Below are positions 30,871-40,399 of a stretch of DNA of 64,000 nucleotides, piece by piece. The position numbers and the translations under genes were made by a program. This stretch comes from Aigarchaeota archaeon (GTDB taxonomy: Archaea; Thermoproteota; Nitrososphaeria_A; Caldarchaeales; Wolframiiraptoraceae). The DNA lies in NCBI GenBank assembly GCA_025058515.1, contig JANXDW010000026.1, positions 18,332-82,331 on the forward strand, given 5' to 3'. Each line of letters opens with the position of its first letter. The first letter of the stretch is position 1. The notes beneath the pieces were generated by a model. It was not told the DNA's origin. It did no database searches and saw only the letters and a list, made by a program, of their open reading frames with translations.

Positions 30871-32072
30871 AGTTAACAGTTCAAGCTGTAAGAATATATC
30901 AGTATTCTGCAATATTCTTCTCAGCAACATCCTTGTTGTTAATTAACCATCCCGCAATCATCTTAACACCTATATTTATAGTACTCACATTAACACTCTA
31001 CGTAACCAGAAGCTTAAAAAAACTTAAAAGAATAGATGAGAACTATTTCAAATCATCTCTAACCATCTCTCCCAATATTCTACTTGTTGGTGAGAAAGCA
31101 ACAGTAAGAGTACACGTCAAATGTAATGTCTCAGATAAGTATAGAGGAGAAGTTCAAGTAATTCTTGATGAAGGAGTAAAAATAGATGATGGAAGAAGTA
31201 GCTGGACTGGAATCATAGATTCTAATCAAGAGATCTTATTAGAATTCATCGTTAAGATTGGAAGAGCAGGATTAATTAAGATTGGACCGATAATACTAGT
31301 GGTTAAAGATGATCTTGATTTTGTAGCTAAAACTATTAAATTGGATAATGTAGGGATAATATTCTCATTCCAAGAACCTTTAAGAACAAGAGGAGTATTA
31401 ACAACATCTGCGATAAGAGGTTCTATTCAGCCTGGTTACACACTTAATCCATTCATAGGTATCGATGAAGAATATAGAGAAAGTGTAGAGAGTCTACAAT
31501 CATCTTTAAAAAAAGTTGATTGGAGGAGGACAGCTAGAATAGGAGGAGAGGAGGTTTATGTTAAAGATTACGCTAAGAGAAGATCTTCAGACATCATTAT
31601 AGGAGTCGGGAGTGGACTAGACCTAGACATACCTTCTATTGGAAATATCAAAACATGGGTAATGCAGATAATAATCTCTTATGCTTTACATTATCTGAGA
31701 GAAGGCTCAAGAATGTGGATCCTAGAATATGATGAAGAAAAGCCAATTTACATTCAATTAAAACATACTTATGGAGAGTTAATCTTAAAAGATGAGGTGG
31801 AGCCTTCAGGAGGAATAATCATATACATTTCTAGATTAATAATGCTAAAAGAATTAGATTTCTTAAATAAGAATATTGATCTTCAGAGGTTTAAACTGGA
31901 AGTACTTATATTGGATATCTCAGATGAAGTCATAGAAATTGTAAAAGAGGATGCGATAAACTATGAGGTTGAGAGATTGAGAAAACTTAAGACAGAATTA
32001 AGAGATTCTGTTAAGATAGTGAAGCTTAAAGATCTTTTAGAAGGCCTCCGAAGGAGTCTCGCTTCTAGGTGA
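30867..32072 (+). CDS. DUF58-family protein (MoxR partner, vWA-like fold) with N-terminal TM helices
   Basis: Block KKVDWRRTARIGGEEVYVKDY matches the DUF58 IDWK.SAR.G.L.VRE core. Its start overlaps the MoxR stop. Confidence 0.6.
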   Translation: MKLTVQAVRIYQYSAIFFSATSLLLINHPAIILTPIFIVLTLTLYVTRSLKKLKRIDENYFKSSLTISPNILLVGEKATVRVHVKCNVSDKYRGEVQVILDEGVKIDDGRSSWTGIIDSNQEILLEFIVKIGRAGLIKIGPIILVVKDDLDFVAKTIKLDNVGIIFSFQEPLRTRGVLTTSAIRGSIQPGYTLNPFIGIDEEYRESVESLQSSLKKVDWRRTARIGGEEVYVKDYAKRRSSDIIIGVGSGLDLDIPSIGNIKTWVMQIIISYALHYLREGSRMWILEYDEEKPIYIQLKHTYGELILKDEVEPSGGIIIYISRLIMLKELDFLNKNIDLQRFKLEVLILDISDEVIEIVKEDAINYEVERLRKLKTELRDSVKIVKLKDLLEGLRRSLASR

Positions 32073-32080
32073 ACTCATGA

Positions 32081-32794
32081 ATGAATACTTCAACGATGAT
32101 CTTAACTTTAATCTTGTTGTCACCTTACATCTACACTCTACTCTATATATTGTCTAAGTTTACCCAGATAGATTACTTTACATTAATTGGGCTATTCTCT
32201 CTCATATCTTTAGCTATCTCGAAATATTCTTCAATAATACTCTTTTCTTTTACGATAGTTCCCTCCATTACTTGTTTCGGATTACTCGTAAGCGGATATC
32301 CTCTCCCACTGATAGGGTTAGCCACAGGCTTCCTCATGGCCTTCCCCCTCTTCACACTATTAGGAGCTCTATATGAGAATCGATCTGAGAACATTGTATT
32401 AAGCTACCTCATCGCTTTAATCCTGAACATCTCTCTCTTAATCAGTTCTGAGGTAGAGAAGCCTTCTCCCACAAATTTTATTTCAACCTTAATATCGAGA
32501 GTTCCTAGAACCATACTTCAAGGAGAAGGCTATACACTAACTGAATATGTGAACAGCATCTTCACAATCTTAACCGCTTTATCTTGTCTATCGTTAATCT
32601 TCATTATTATTAAGAGAATTGAGCCTAGCTTCCCCAAAAGCTTAAGAGACCTGAATCCCTTGATACTCTCTACTCTCATAACCTTAACTCTATCTTTACT
32701 AACATATTTCTGGGTCTATAGCAACTTCATAGTAATCTCTTCAATATTGATTATAATGGTATACGTTATCATATCTTTAAAGATGGCGAAATAA
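32081..32794 (+). CDS. Polytopic integral membrane protein, function unknown
   Basis: 237 aa with 6-7 hydrophobic helices. Confidence 0.4.
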   Translation: MNTSTMILTLILLSPYIYTLLYILSKFTQIDYFTLIGLFSLISLAISKYSSIILFSFTIVPSITCFGLLVSGYPLPLIGLATGFLMAFPLFTLLGALYENRSENIVLSYLIALILNISLLISSEVEKPSPTNFISTLISRVPRTILQGEGYTLTEYVNSIFTILTALSCLSLIFIIIKRIEPSFPKSLRDLNPLILSTLITLTLSLLTYFWVYSNFIVISSILIIMVYVIISLKMAK

Positions 32795-32795
32795 T

Positions 32796-34433
32796 ATGGA
32801 GATGAAGATTTACAAGTCCTTCTTAATAATTCTGATAATCTCCTCAACACTATTTTTACATACTTCTCTTGCAGAACCTCAAGCTAAAGATCCATCGGTA
32901 ATGATTGGTTTCAGTAGAAATTATTTATTTCCACTACTCGATGGTGGAATACTATATTTTGAGAAGGGAGAACAGCTCTGGGCAATGGTTATAGAAGAGA
33001 AAACTACATTGAGTTTAATCTCTCCTTCAAAAGATATTAAAACATATGATCTCTCTCCTCTTCAACCAACTTTAATCAAAACTTTTAACGATGATGACCC
33101 AGTTGGAGAATGGATTCTAAATAATAATGGAAGAAACTTAACTATTATCCTATCTGAGAGAGCTCAACTATCTAATTTTGTCCAACTAAATTATAGACTA
33201 CAAAAAGGAATGCTTCTGATCGATATAGCTAATGGTAACCAGAGTGCATTCATTATCACAGATGTAGGGGGAAGGGTACTCATCCCAGCTGGAACTGAAT
33301 TAACGATCATGCTTAAAGATCTCAACTTAGTAGAGGGTGAATATGATGGAGAGATCGTTGTAGACCTAGTTTATCGGGATGAGTTTAATTATTCAGGAAG
33401 ATTGAATGGTCGCCCATACCTAGTTAAGATGGAGTCAATTGCTGGTAGAGTTATCGGTAAGATTGAGGGAGATACCGTGAAATTATCTATTCCTAATCTA
33501 CACACAGTAGGGTCTGGAGGCATAATACCTGTTAGGATGGGAGAAGCAATATTGAAAGTTAAACATCCCTTGAGCGTTGAGCCTAGAAGTTTAGAGAAGA
33601 ACAATTCATCAAGTCTCGATCTTCAAAGAATTGAGATATACGTTGTTGATAAGAGCTTCATGAGATGGGCTGGTGTGAGAACTGCGAAATCAGTTATGAT
33701 AAATGTTAGAGAAGCATTAAACAAGACTTTAAGAATTCTCTCATCTAATGGAAGCAGTTCGGGAATCTCTTACTCTACAGTTCCTATATCATCAGTTCTT
33801 TTTTATGAGCCTAGACTTAATAGAATTATTGAGAATATATCTGTAGTGGTGGATGGGCGGCAATCAGTAGTTGTAGATGATATAGCGTATATTCTTTTAT
33901 CTGATAGTGAAACCGCAGTCCCTAACTTGGTTTCAGATGGTGGTGAAGAGATCTCAGTACATGCTTATTTAAATCAATTCAAAATCTATAGTGGTAAATT
34001 TAAGATCAGTAGAGGAGAATTAAAAACTATTCCTGTCCAGCTACATTCTATCAATATACAAGCATTTCTCCCAAATAATGAGAGAGCTCTTAGTGGAGAG
34101 CTCAAAATAAATGGTTCTAGATTAAACTATTTGAATGGTTCTGGTTCAGCTCTTTTACCAACTGGAACCTACAGGATCGAATTCATTATTGATGATTGGT
34201 ATGGAGGATCTGTTTTAAAGATCTCGGGAGATACCACTATAAGAATTACATTAGTAAGAAAGCTTACTATATTGGATGTTCTCAGAATAATAGCTGGATT
34301 AGAGGTTGCCATAGTATTATCCACTGTAATCTTTATTATTAGATATAAGAAGAAGATCCAGAAGAACATAGCTGTAACGAGATCTCCAAATCTTTCCAAC
34401 CATATTATAAGCTTCTCCTCTATACCGAGCTAA
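32796..34433 (+). CDS. Secreted or surface protein with N-terminal signal peptide and C-terminal TM anchor
   Basis: 545 aa. N-terminal hydrophobic segment, beta-rich body, C-terminal helix LEVAIVLSTVIFII followed by RYKKKIQK. Confidence 0.4.
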   Translation: MEMKIYKSFLIILIISSTLFLHTSLAEPQAKDPSVMIGFSRNYLFPLLDGGILYFEKGEQLWAMVIEEKTTLSLISPSKDIKTYDLSPLQPTLIKTFNDDDPVGEWILNNNGRNLTIILSERAQLSNFVQLNYRLQKGMLLIDIANGNQSAFIITDVGGRVLIPAGTELTIMLKDLNLVEGEYDGEIVVDLVYRDEFNYSGRLNGRPYLVKMESIAGRVIGKIEGDTVKLSIPNLHTVGSGGIIPVRMGEAILKVKHPLSVEPRSLEKNNSSSLDLQRIEIYVVDKSFMRWAGVRTAKSVMINVREALNKTLRILSSNGSSSGISYSTVPISSVLFYEPRLNRIIENISVVVDGRQSVVVDDIAYILLSDSETAVPNLVSDGGEEISVHAYLNQFKIYSGKFKISRGELKTIPVQLHSINIQAFLPNNERALSGELKINGSRLNYLNGSGSALLPTGTYRIEFIIDDWYGGSVLKISGDTTIRITLVRKLTILDVLRIIAGLEVAIVLSTVIFIIRYKKKIQKNIAVTRSPNLSNHIISFSSIPS

Positions 34434-34472
34434 ATTTTTTATCTAGTGATGATAGCTAGTAGATGATAGAAT

Positions 34473-35867
34473 GTGTCTGAATTCAGAAAAATAGTCCCTG
34501 ATACTAGTATAATAATAAATGGTAAACTTCTAGAATTACTTGAAAAAGAAGATTTAATGAACTGTGAAATAATATTTCCAGTAGCTGTAATTGATGAGCT
34601 TCAGGCTCAGGCATCTAAGGGGAAAGAGATAGGTTTTAGAGGATTAGAACAAGTGAAGAGGATTAGAGAGTTAGCTGAGCGGAAGGGTTATGTAATTAGA
34701 TTCGCTGGAGAGAGACCAACTTTAGAAGATATCAAACTTGCACGTAGTGGGAGAATAGATGCGATAATTAGAGATTTTGCTAAAGGTGAGCACGCTGTAC
34801 TATATACATCGGATTACGTTCAAGCACTTGTAGCAGAAGCTGAAGGAGTACAAGTCAATTATATAGAAGCTTATGAGAAGAAGCCTAAGCTAATATTCGA
34901 AGATTACTTTACAGCAGATACAGTAAGTGTACATCTAAAAGCAAATCTATCTCCATTGGCCAAGAGAGGAAAACCAGGAAGATTCATATTAGTTAAGCTT
35001 AGAGAAGAACCTCTCACAGAAGAAGAGTTAAACAATATGATAAATGAGATACTTGAGACGGCTAGAATAGGAGGAGAGGGAAGCATAGAGTTATTGAAAA
35101 GTAATGCTATGGTAGTTCAGCTTGGTCGGTATCGAGCTGTTATCACTAAACCACCCTTCTCAGATAGTCTAGAGATTACGATATCTAGACCTATGACTAA
35201 GCTCACTCTCCAAGATTACAAATTATCAGAAAGGTTTGTGAAAAGATTAATGGAGAGAGCTGAAGGAATACTGATTACTGGTTCACATGGATCAGGGAAA
35301 ACTACTTTCGCAAGTAGTTTAGCAGAATTCTATGTTTCACAAGGGAAGATCGTTAAAACATTTGAGTCTCCAAGAGATCTACAAGTCGGTCTTGAGGTTA
35401 CTCGTTATGGACCTCTAGAAGGAGATTTTGAAAAGACTGCAGAGTTAATGCTACTAGTTAGACCTGACTACATAATATTCGATGAGATGAAGAAATTGAA
35501 AGATTTCCAGATTTTCGCAGATCTGAGGTTGGCCGGTATAGGTATGGTTGGAGTAATCCATTCAAGCGACCCAATCGATGCCATAGAGAGATTTATCAAT
35601 AGATTAGAACTTGGATCTATACCGAAGATAATAGATACAGTAATCTTTCTCAAAGATGGAGAAGTTAAGAAGGTGTATGAACTCGATCTAGTTTTAAAAG
35701 TTCCAACAGGGATGCCCTCATCAAATCTAGTTAGAAGTGTAATAGAAGTAAGGGATTTTGAGACAGGTAAATTAGAGTACGAGATATACACATATGGAGA
35801 GAGACATATTATAGTCTCTCTTGAAAAAAGTAGTAGTAATGAAGAGTTAGAGAACACCGGCACTTGA
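34473..35867 (+). CDS. PIN-domain / PilT-like ATPase (COG1855-like; PIN plus P-loop NTPase plus C-terminal KH-like region)
   Basis: N-terminal PIN-like acidic residues (IVPDTSIII), Walker A ILITGSHGSGKTT, Walker B IIFDEM. Confidence 0.6.
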   Translation: MSEFRKIVPDTSIIINGKLLELLEKEDLMNCEIIFPVAVIDELQAQASKGKEIGFRGLEQVKRIRELAERKGYVIRFAGERPTLEDIKLARSGRIDAIIRDFAKGEHAVLYTSDYVQALVAEAEGVQVNYIEAYEKKPKLIFEDYFTADTVSVHLKANLSPLAKRGKPGRFILVKLREEPLTEEELNNMINEILETARIGGEGSIELLKSNAMVVQLGRYRAVITKPPFSDSLEITISRPMTKLTLQDYKLSERFVKRLMERAEGILITGSHGSGKTTFASSLAEFYVSQGKIVKTFESPRDLQVGLEVTRYGPLEGDFEKTAELMLLVRPDYIIFDEMKKLKDFQIFADLRLAGIGMVGVIHSSDPIDAIERFINRLELGSIPKIIDTVIFLKDGEVKKVYELDLVLKVPTGMPSSNLVRSVIEVRDFETGKLEYEIYTYGERHIIVSLEKSSSNEELENTGT

Positions 35868-35946
35868 ATTATTCTTGTTGCGATTTCTACCTAGGTTAGA
35901 AGATTGTAAGTTTTTAAGATGCTTCTACATCTCATCCATGTAGAAT

Positions 35947-36363
35947 ATGGTGAGGGCTGGAAAGACTTCTATAATAGAGTACTTAAAAGAAAAGGCTAGT
36001 AGCTTAAGAACTGAGACAGCTATAACTATATACTCAATATTCTTAATATTCTTCATCATATTTCTTCTAAGTGGTTTGATTTATTCTCTTACTACTGAGG
36101 AACCTATACCGATAGCTTTTCTACCAACTGGATCGATCAGAGTATTTCTCTGGAGTATTAATGCACAGAGCCATGCAGAGACTATCGTTATAGCTCTATA
36201 CTATTTAATGGGTGGAGGGGGAGTCTTACTGTACGTAAATGCTATTACCAAACTACGTAATCCTAGGACTACCAAGTACATGCTCTTCTTTAGCTTCTTA
36301 CTCATACTACTAGCTGGAATAGGGATCTATTCAGCATATATCTCTAAGTTTACTCCACCTTAG
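35947..36363 (+). CDS. Small polytopic membrane protein, unknown function
   Basis: 138 aa with 3-4 TM helices. Its 3' end overlaps the convergent KaiC/RadB-like gene by 14 nt. Confidence 0.35.
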   Translation: MVRAGKTSIIEYLKEKASSLRTETAITIYSIFLIFFIIFLLSGLIYSLTTEEPIPIAFLPTGSIRVFLWSINAQSHAETIVIALYYLMGGGGVLLYVNAITKLRNPRTTKYMLFFSFLLILLAGIGIYSAYISKFTPP

Positions 36364-37036
36364 AACTAGGTTCACCTACACCACTTTCATTAATGATGAA
36401 ATACGCTGGACCAGTTTTTTCAGGCTTCTCTAAAAATAATTCTCTAAAACCTTTAGAGCCTATTGTCAACTTGATAATCCATCTTGCCCAGTGGCTCAAT
36501 ATTCTGTATGCTACAGCTTTTCTATTTTCTTGCTCAGGTAGATCGTGTACTTGACCTATCAATACTACAAGAGATTTATCTCTTGTAGTTAGCTCAGATA
36601 ACATAGCAACTTGCATGGCCAATCTCTTATAGATTGGTAGATCAGACCTCACTTCTCCATACATCTCTATCCTATGTTGATGTGTAAAATCGTCTAATAC
36701 TATTATGTCGAATAGTTTCTCTGAATTGTAGAGATGTAGGATAAAGTCTTCTTGATCTTGGAAATCTTGAATCATTCTTATTGATAGCTTTGAAGGATCT
36801 AGTGACCAAGATTCTAAGATTTGTAGAACTCTTTGAGGATGAAGTCTTATAGAACAATCTAGGAAGAGTGGTCTTAAACCATTTCTTATAGCTGAAGCAC
36901 ATAGGGTTAAAGCTAAACTCGTCTTTCCAGACTTCTCTTCACCGTATATGAAGTAGAGTTCTCCTAGTTTGAATCCTCCGAACAATAATCTATCGATTCC
37001 TTTAACATAGGTTGGTACAAGATCTAAGGTTGACAC
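36350..37036 (-). CDS. RecA-superfamily ATPase, KaiC/RadB-like single domain
   Basis: GIDRLLFGGFKLGELYFIYGEEKSGKTSLAL (Walker A) and Walker B IIVLDD. 228 aa. Confidence 0.55.
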   Translation of the reverse strand: MSTLDLVPTYVKGIDRLLFGGFKLGELYFIYGEEKSGKTSLALTLCASAIRNGLRPLFLDCSIRLHPQRVLQILESWSLDPSKLSIRMIQDFQDQEDFILHLYNSEKLFDIIVLDDFTHQHRIEMYGEVRSDLPIYKRLAMQVAMLSELTTRDKSLVVLIGQVHDLPEQENRKAVAYRILSHWARWIIKLTIGSKGFRELFLEKPEKTGPAYFIINESGVGEPSSKVE

Positions 37037-37176
37037 CGATGCTATCCCATCTAGAATAGTTTAAGCAGAGATAATAAGTTAACTTAAACTATGTTTAGAA
37101 GTAGTACACCAATCGTAGTAAACTCTATAGTTAATTCCATAATATCTTTAAGTTATTTATTCCAGAATCTGGATTG

Positions 37177-37767
37177 TTATGAAAGCATATCTAGACCATC
37201 TAGCCAAACCTCTTCACATATCTTAGTCTCTGGACCATGACCTGGATAAACAATAGTATCTGGAGATAAACTCCTAGAGATATTCTTTAGGCTTACCACC
37301 ATCTTACCCATAGAATGAGGATTTGATATTCTTCCATAACCTCCTTTTAGAAGAGTATCTCCTGAAAATAGAATCTTCAATTCTCTTACTGTAAAACATG
37401 TAGACCCATCTGTGTGTCCAGGTGTGTGGAGTACCACGATACTAAGATTTCCTACTTTAACCTTCTGCATATGTTTATGTAAGATGTCAGGCTTAGTTTC
37501 ACTGTACTGTTCATTAAGAAGAATAAGGTCATCTCTGTGAATTGAGATCTCTCCACTAAATCTTGATTTGACCTCTTTTAGAAATTTAACATGTCTTGGA
37601 TGCACATGAGTTATCAAGATATACTTAACATCAACATCTTTCAATACATCTTCTAATAGGTAGGTGGGAGCTGCTGCATCTATTATACACGCTTCACCAT
37701 CATCTATCAATAAGTAAGAATTCGTATCATTAAATGTAATTTTAAATAGATTCTTCAACCTACTCAT
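37177..37767 (-). CDS. Metallo-beta-lactamase-fold hydrolase
   Basis: ILITHVHPRHV (HxHxxH variant), downstream HTPGHTDGS, and a C-terminal His. Confidence 0.6.
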   Translation of the reverse strand: MSRLKNLFKITFNDTNSYLLIDDGEACIIDAAAPTYLLEDVLKDVDVKYILITHVHPRHVKFLKEVKSRFSGEISIHRDDLILLNEQYSETKPDILHKHMQKVKVGNLSIVVLHTPGHTDGSTCFTVRELKILFSGDTLLKGGYGRISNPHSMGKMVVSLKNISRSLSPDTIVYPGHGPETKICEEVWLDGLDMLS

Positions 37768-37776
37768 CTAATATAG

Positions 37777-37810
37777 ATGAACATATCTACTATTGGATAA
37801 ACATATCTAT
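37777..37810. repeat. Tandem imperfect direct repeat GAT(G/A)AACATATCTA(C/T) (37777-37791 and 37797-37811), immediately upstream of the MBL-hydrolase start on the minus strand
   Basis: Read directly in the sequence; 14 of 15 positions match. It lies in the putative promoter region. Confidence 0.5.
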
Positions 37811-37987
37811 AAGCTATCTTAAGATTGATGAGTTTTATTATTTTATGTATATGTGAGTTACAGAAATAATCCTATAAGCTTAACCGAGGTTATATTTTGT
37901 AGAAGTCGGGGGTTAATCTGATGAAGGAGGCTGGAAAGAATGTCTACTGACTATAAGATAAAGCTGTAGTTCTTCTCGATGTATTAT

Positions 37988-39190
37988 CTATAAATATTTA
38001 TCTCTTGATAAATTCCTATTGAGAAAACAGGAGGGGTCAGAAGAGAGCGGATCTCCAGAGTATGCGTATGATCTTGCACGGCAGCCTCCACATACTTCTC
38101 TTAAATTACATTCTCTACAAAATCCTTTCAAGTTTCTTCTATCTCTAAAAATATTGAATACCTCTCCTCTCCATATTTCTTCCGCATTCTTTTCTAAGAG
38201 ATTTCCAGTATTAATTGGTAGGAAGGGGCATGGCCATACATCTCCATTTGGTTTAATATAGAACATTCCCCTTCCAGCTATACATCCTTTAAAGATTAGT
38301 GAGGCGAGCCTCGGATTTAAATTCTTCTTTAGAGCTAAGTATGCGAAGAATTCAGGTAGGCCTACAGGTATTATGATAGGCTTAACCGTGCTCTGGATAT
38401 TTTCTAAAGTTTTTATTACGTAATAAAATTCACTTATGGATAATGCTTCATTGATGAGCTGTTCTCCTCTTCCAGAAGGCATTAACTGATATAGTAGTGT
38501 TACATGTGCTTCAAGCTTATCTGAAATCTCCAGTAATTGCTTAAGCTGGTTTAAGTTTCTCCTCGATAACGTTATATTTATCTGAGTGTACATTTTTTCT
38601 CTGCGAGCATTTATTATTCCTTTAATGGCTGATCGCAATGCCCCCCTGACCCCTCTATAATCATCATGCTGGTCGGGAGAGGTAAAGTCTATGCTTACCG
38701 CAACGCCTTCAACACCATTCTCAACCATCTTCCTAACCACATCTCTAGTGATTAGTACACCGTTAGTAGCAATTACTATGCTAAACCCCATATTTCGAGC
38801 ATACCTGACAAGGTCGAGTAGATCATTCCTTATAAGAGGTTCTCCACCTGTAAAGACGAGCATACGGAAATCATCAACATGTGCAAGGTTCTCTATAATC
38901 TTCTTTGCTTCTTCTGTACGTAATTCTCTATCCCCTTTTTCGCCACCTCTTGCATGGCAGTGGACGCATCTTAAATTGCAGTTAGATGTGACTTCGTAAA
39001 CTGGGTGTACTGGGTATCCGAAGCATCCTAGACCAATGGCCCCAGCTGCAACGTTTAAGAGAGTCTTAATGTATCTGAGCCAGTATCCTAAACCTCTCCA
39101 TCCCGTTATCTCTTTAAACGTTGTAAGTGTCATTGCTTGTCGCATTATAAGTGAGGGCGGAATATATGGAGGTAAAACAAACCTATTCAT
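37988..39190 (-). CDS. Radical SAM enzyme with C-terminal SPASM domain (AhbD/PqqE-like architecture)
   Basis: CNLRCVHCHARG (Cx3Cx2C) preceded by VYEVTS, TIM-barrel core, and a C-terminal Cys-rich tail CPFLP...CRECNLREVCGGCRARS. Confidence 0.7.
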   Translation of the reverse strand: MNRFVLPPYIPPSLIMRQAMTLTTFKEITGWRGLGYWLRYIKTLLNVAAGAIGLGCFGYPVHPVYEVTSNCNLRCVHCHARGGEKGDRELRTEEAKKIIENLAHVDDFRMLVFTGGEPLIRNDLLDLVRYARNMGFSIVIATNGVLITRDVVRKMVENGVEGVAVSIDFTSPDQHDDYRGVRGALRSAIKGIINARREKMYTQINITLSRRNLNQLKQLLEISDKLEAHVTLLYQLMPSGRGEQLINEALSISEFYYVIKTLENIQSTVKPIIIPVGLPEFFAYLALKKNLNPRLASLIFKGCIAGRGMFYIKPNGDVWPCPFLPINTGNLLEKNAEEIWRGEVFNIFRDRRNLKGFCRECNLREVCGGCRARSYAYSGDPLSSDPSCFLNRNLSRDKYL

Positions 39191-39201
39191 AACCGTAATC
39201 T

Positions 39202-40131
39202 TTACATTACACTTCCGATTACGTATGAAATTGACAATAGCATCGTCGTTAAAGCATATGTTATGATTGTGCCAGCCATTGCTGGTTTCAGTTTCTGGGG
39301 ATACTCGTAATATCTAATACAAGTAGATATACTTCTAACTGTTAATGGGATTGTTGCAAGAGCGATAAGACCTATCAATGGAATAATCTCCATAAAGACT
39401 CCTAATAATATGGAGATATAGCTAAATACCATTAAGAAAATGTAGAAACTTCTAGAATTTTCTCTACCTAGCCTAACTACAAGGTTATTCTTTCCGATGG
39501 ACTTGTCCGCTCGATAATCTGGGAACTCGTTAATCCATATTACAGCAGTTATCAGAGCTGCTGGTACTAGTGAAGGGATTAGAAAGCTGGTTGATGGAAG
39601 ACTGCCCGTTTGAACATAATAACTACCGAAAGGTATTAGTATACCATAGTTTAACCCTATCATCACTTCTCCTAGTCCTCTGTAAGCCCACATCAGTGGA
39701 GGCGCAGTGTAGAATGCACCTGCGAGGAATCCAATAATAGTCAGAGGGATAATGTATAGACCCACTGTCACTGTAAAGTACACCGCTATAGTGGAAGCGA
39801 TTATCCATGAAACTAACCCCATCTTAAAAACACTTGAAGGCTCAAGTAGCTTTCTTGGAAGTATACGGCTCCCCGCATTAAACGGTGTAATATCTTCTTC
39901 CATAATCACAACATCTACACCACTCCTATAGTCAAAGAACTCATTAAAGGTATATGTCCCGATCATTACAAATATGATTCCCGCTAATGTTAATAGAAAG
40001 TTGAGCATATTAAATACTCCTAGATCATAGAATGCTATGCACGTACCTAGGATAACTGGCGGAATACCAGCTAAAAAGAACTTGACTCTAATGGCCTCAA
40101 GCCAGACTCGTATCTTGAAGACCATAGACAT
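39202..40131 (-). CDS. UbiA-family aromatic prenyltransferase, MenA-like (1,4-dihydroxy-2-naphthoate polyprenyltransferase-like)
   Basis: Polytopic, 309 aa. Asp-rich motif NEFFDYRSGVD matches the MenA-type N(D/E)xxDxxxGxD spacing. A second Asp-rich region is DYRADKSIGKNN. Confidence 0.55.
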   Translation of the reverse strand: MSMVFKIRVWLEAIRVKFFLAGIPPVILGTCIAFYDLGVFNMLNFLLTLAGIIFVMIGTYTFNEFFDYRSGVDVVIMEEDITPFNAGSRILPRKLLEPSSVFKMGLVSWIIASTIAVYFTVTVGLYIIPLTIIGFLAGAFYTAPPLMWAYRGLGEVMIGLNYGILIPFGSYYVQTGSLPSTSFLIPSLVPAALITAVIWINEFPDYRADKSIGKNNLVVRLGRENSRSFYIFLMVFSYISILLGVFMEIIPLIGLIALATIPLTVRSISTCIRYYEYPQKLKPAMAGTIITYALTTMLLSISYVIGSVM

Positions 40132-40399
40132 CTAGCACTCAGTACCTTCCCGGAGAATTTATCCTTAACTCTGAAACCAAATTTTAAACTTTTAAATTAC
40201 TGAATCTCCGTTATGTTGGATCTTGTTAAATCTCAGATTAACGATGATTATCTATTCTCTACCAATTTTACTATATTTTCAATTGAAGGCAATTTATCAG
40301 TTCATAATCTTCTACTACTTAAAGAACCATGTATTTAAAATTCGCCAATTCGATTGTCCATTACCTTCTTCACCCTTTCTAGAGTGGCCTAGATATAGT

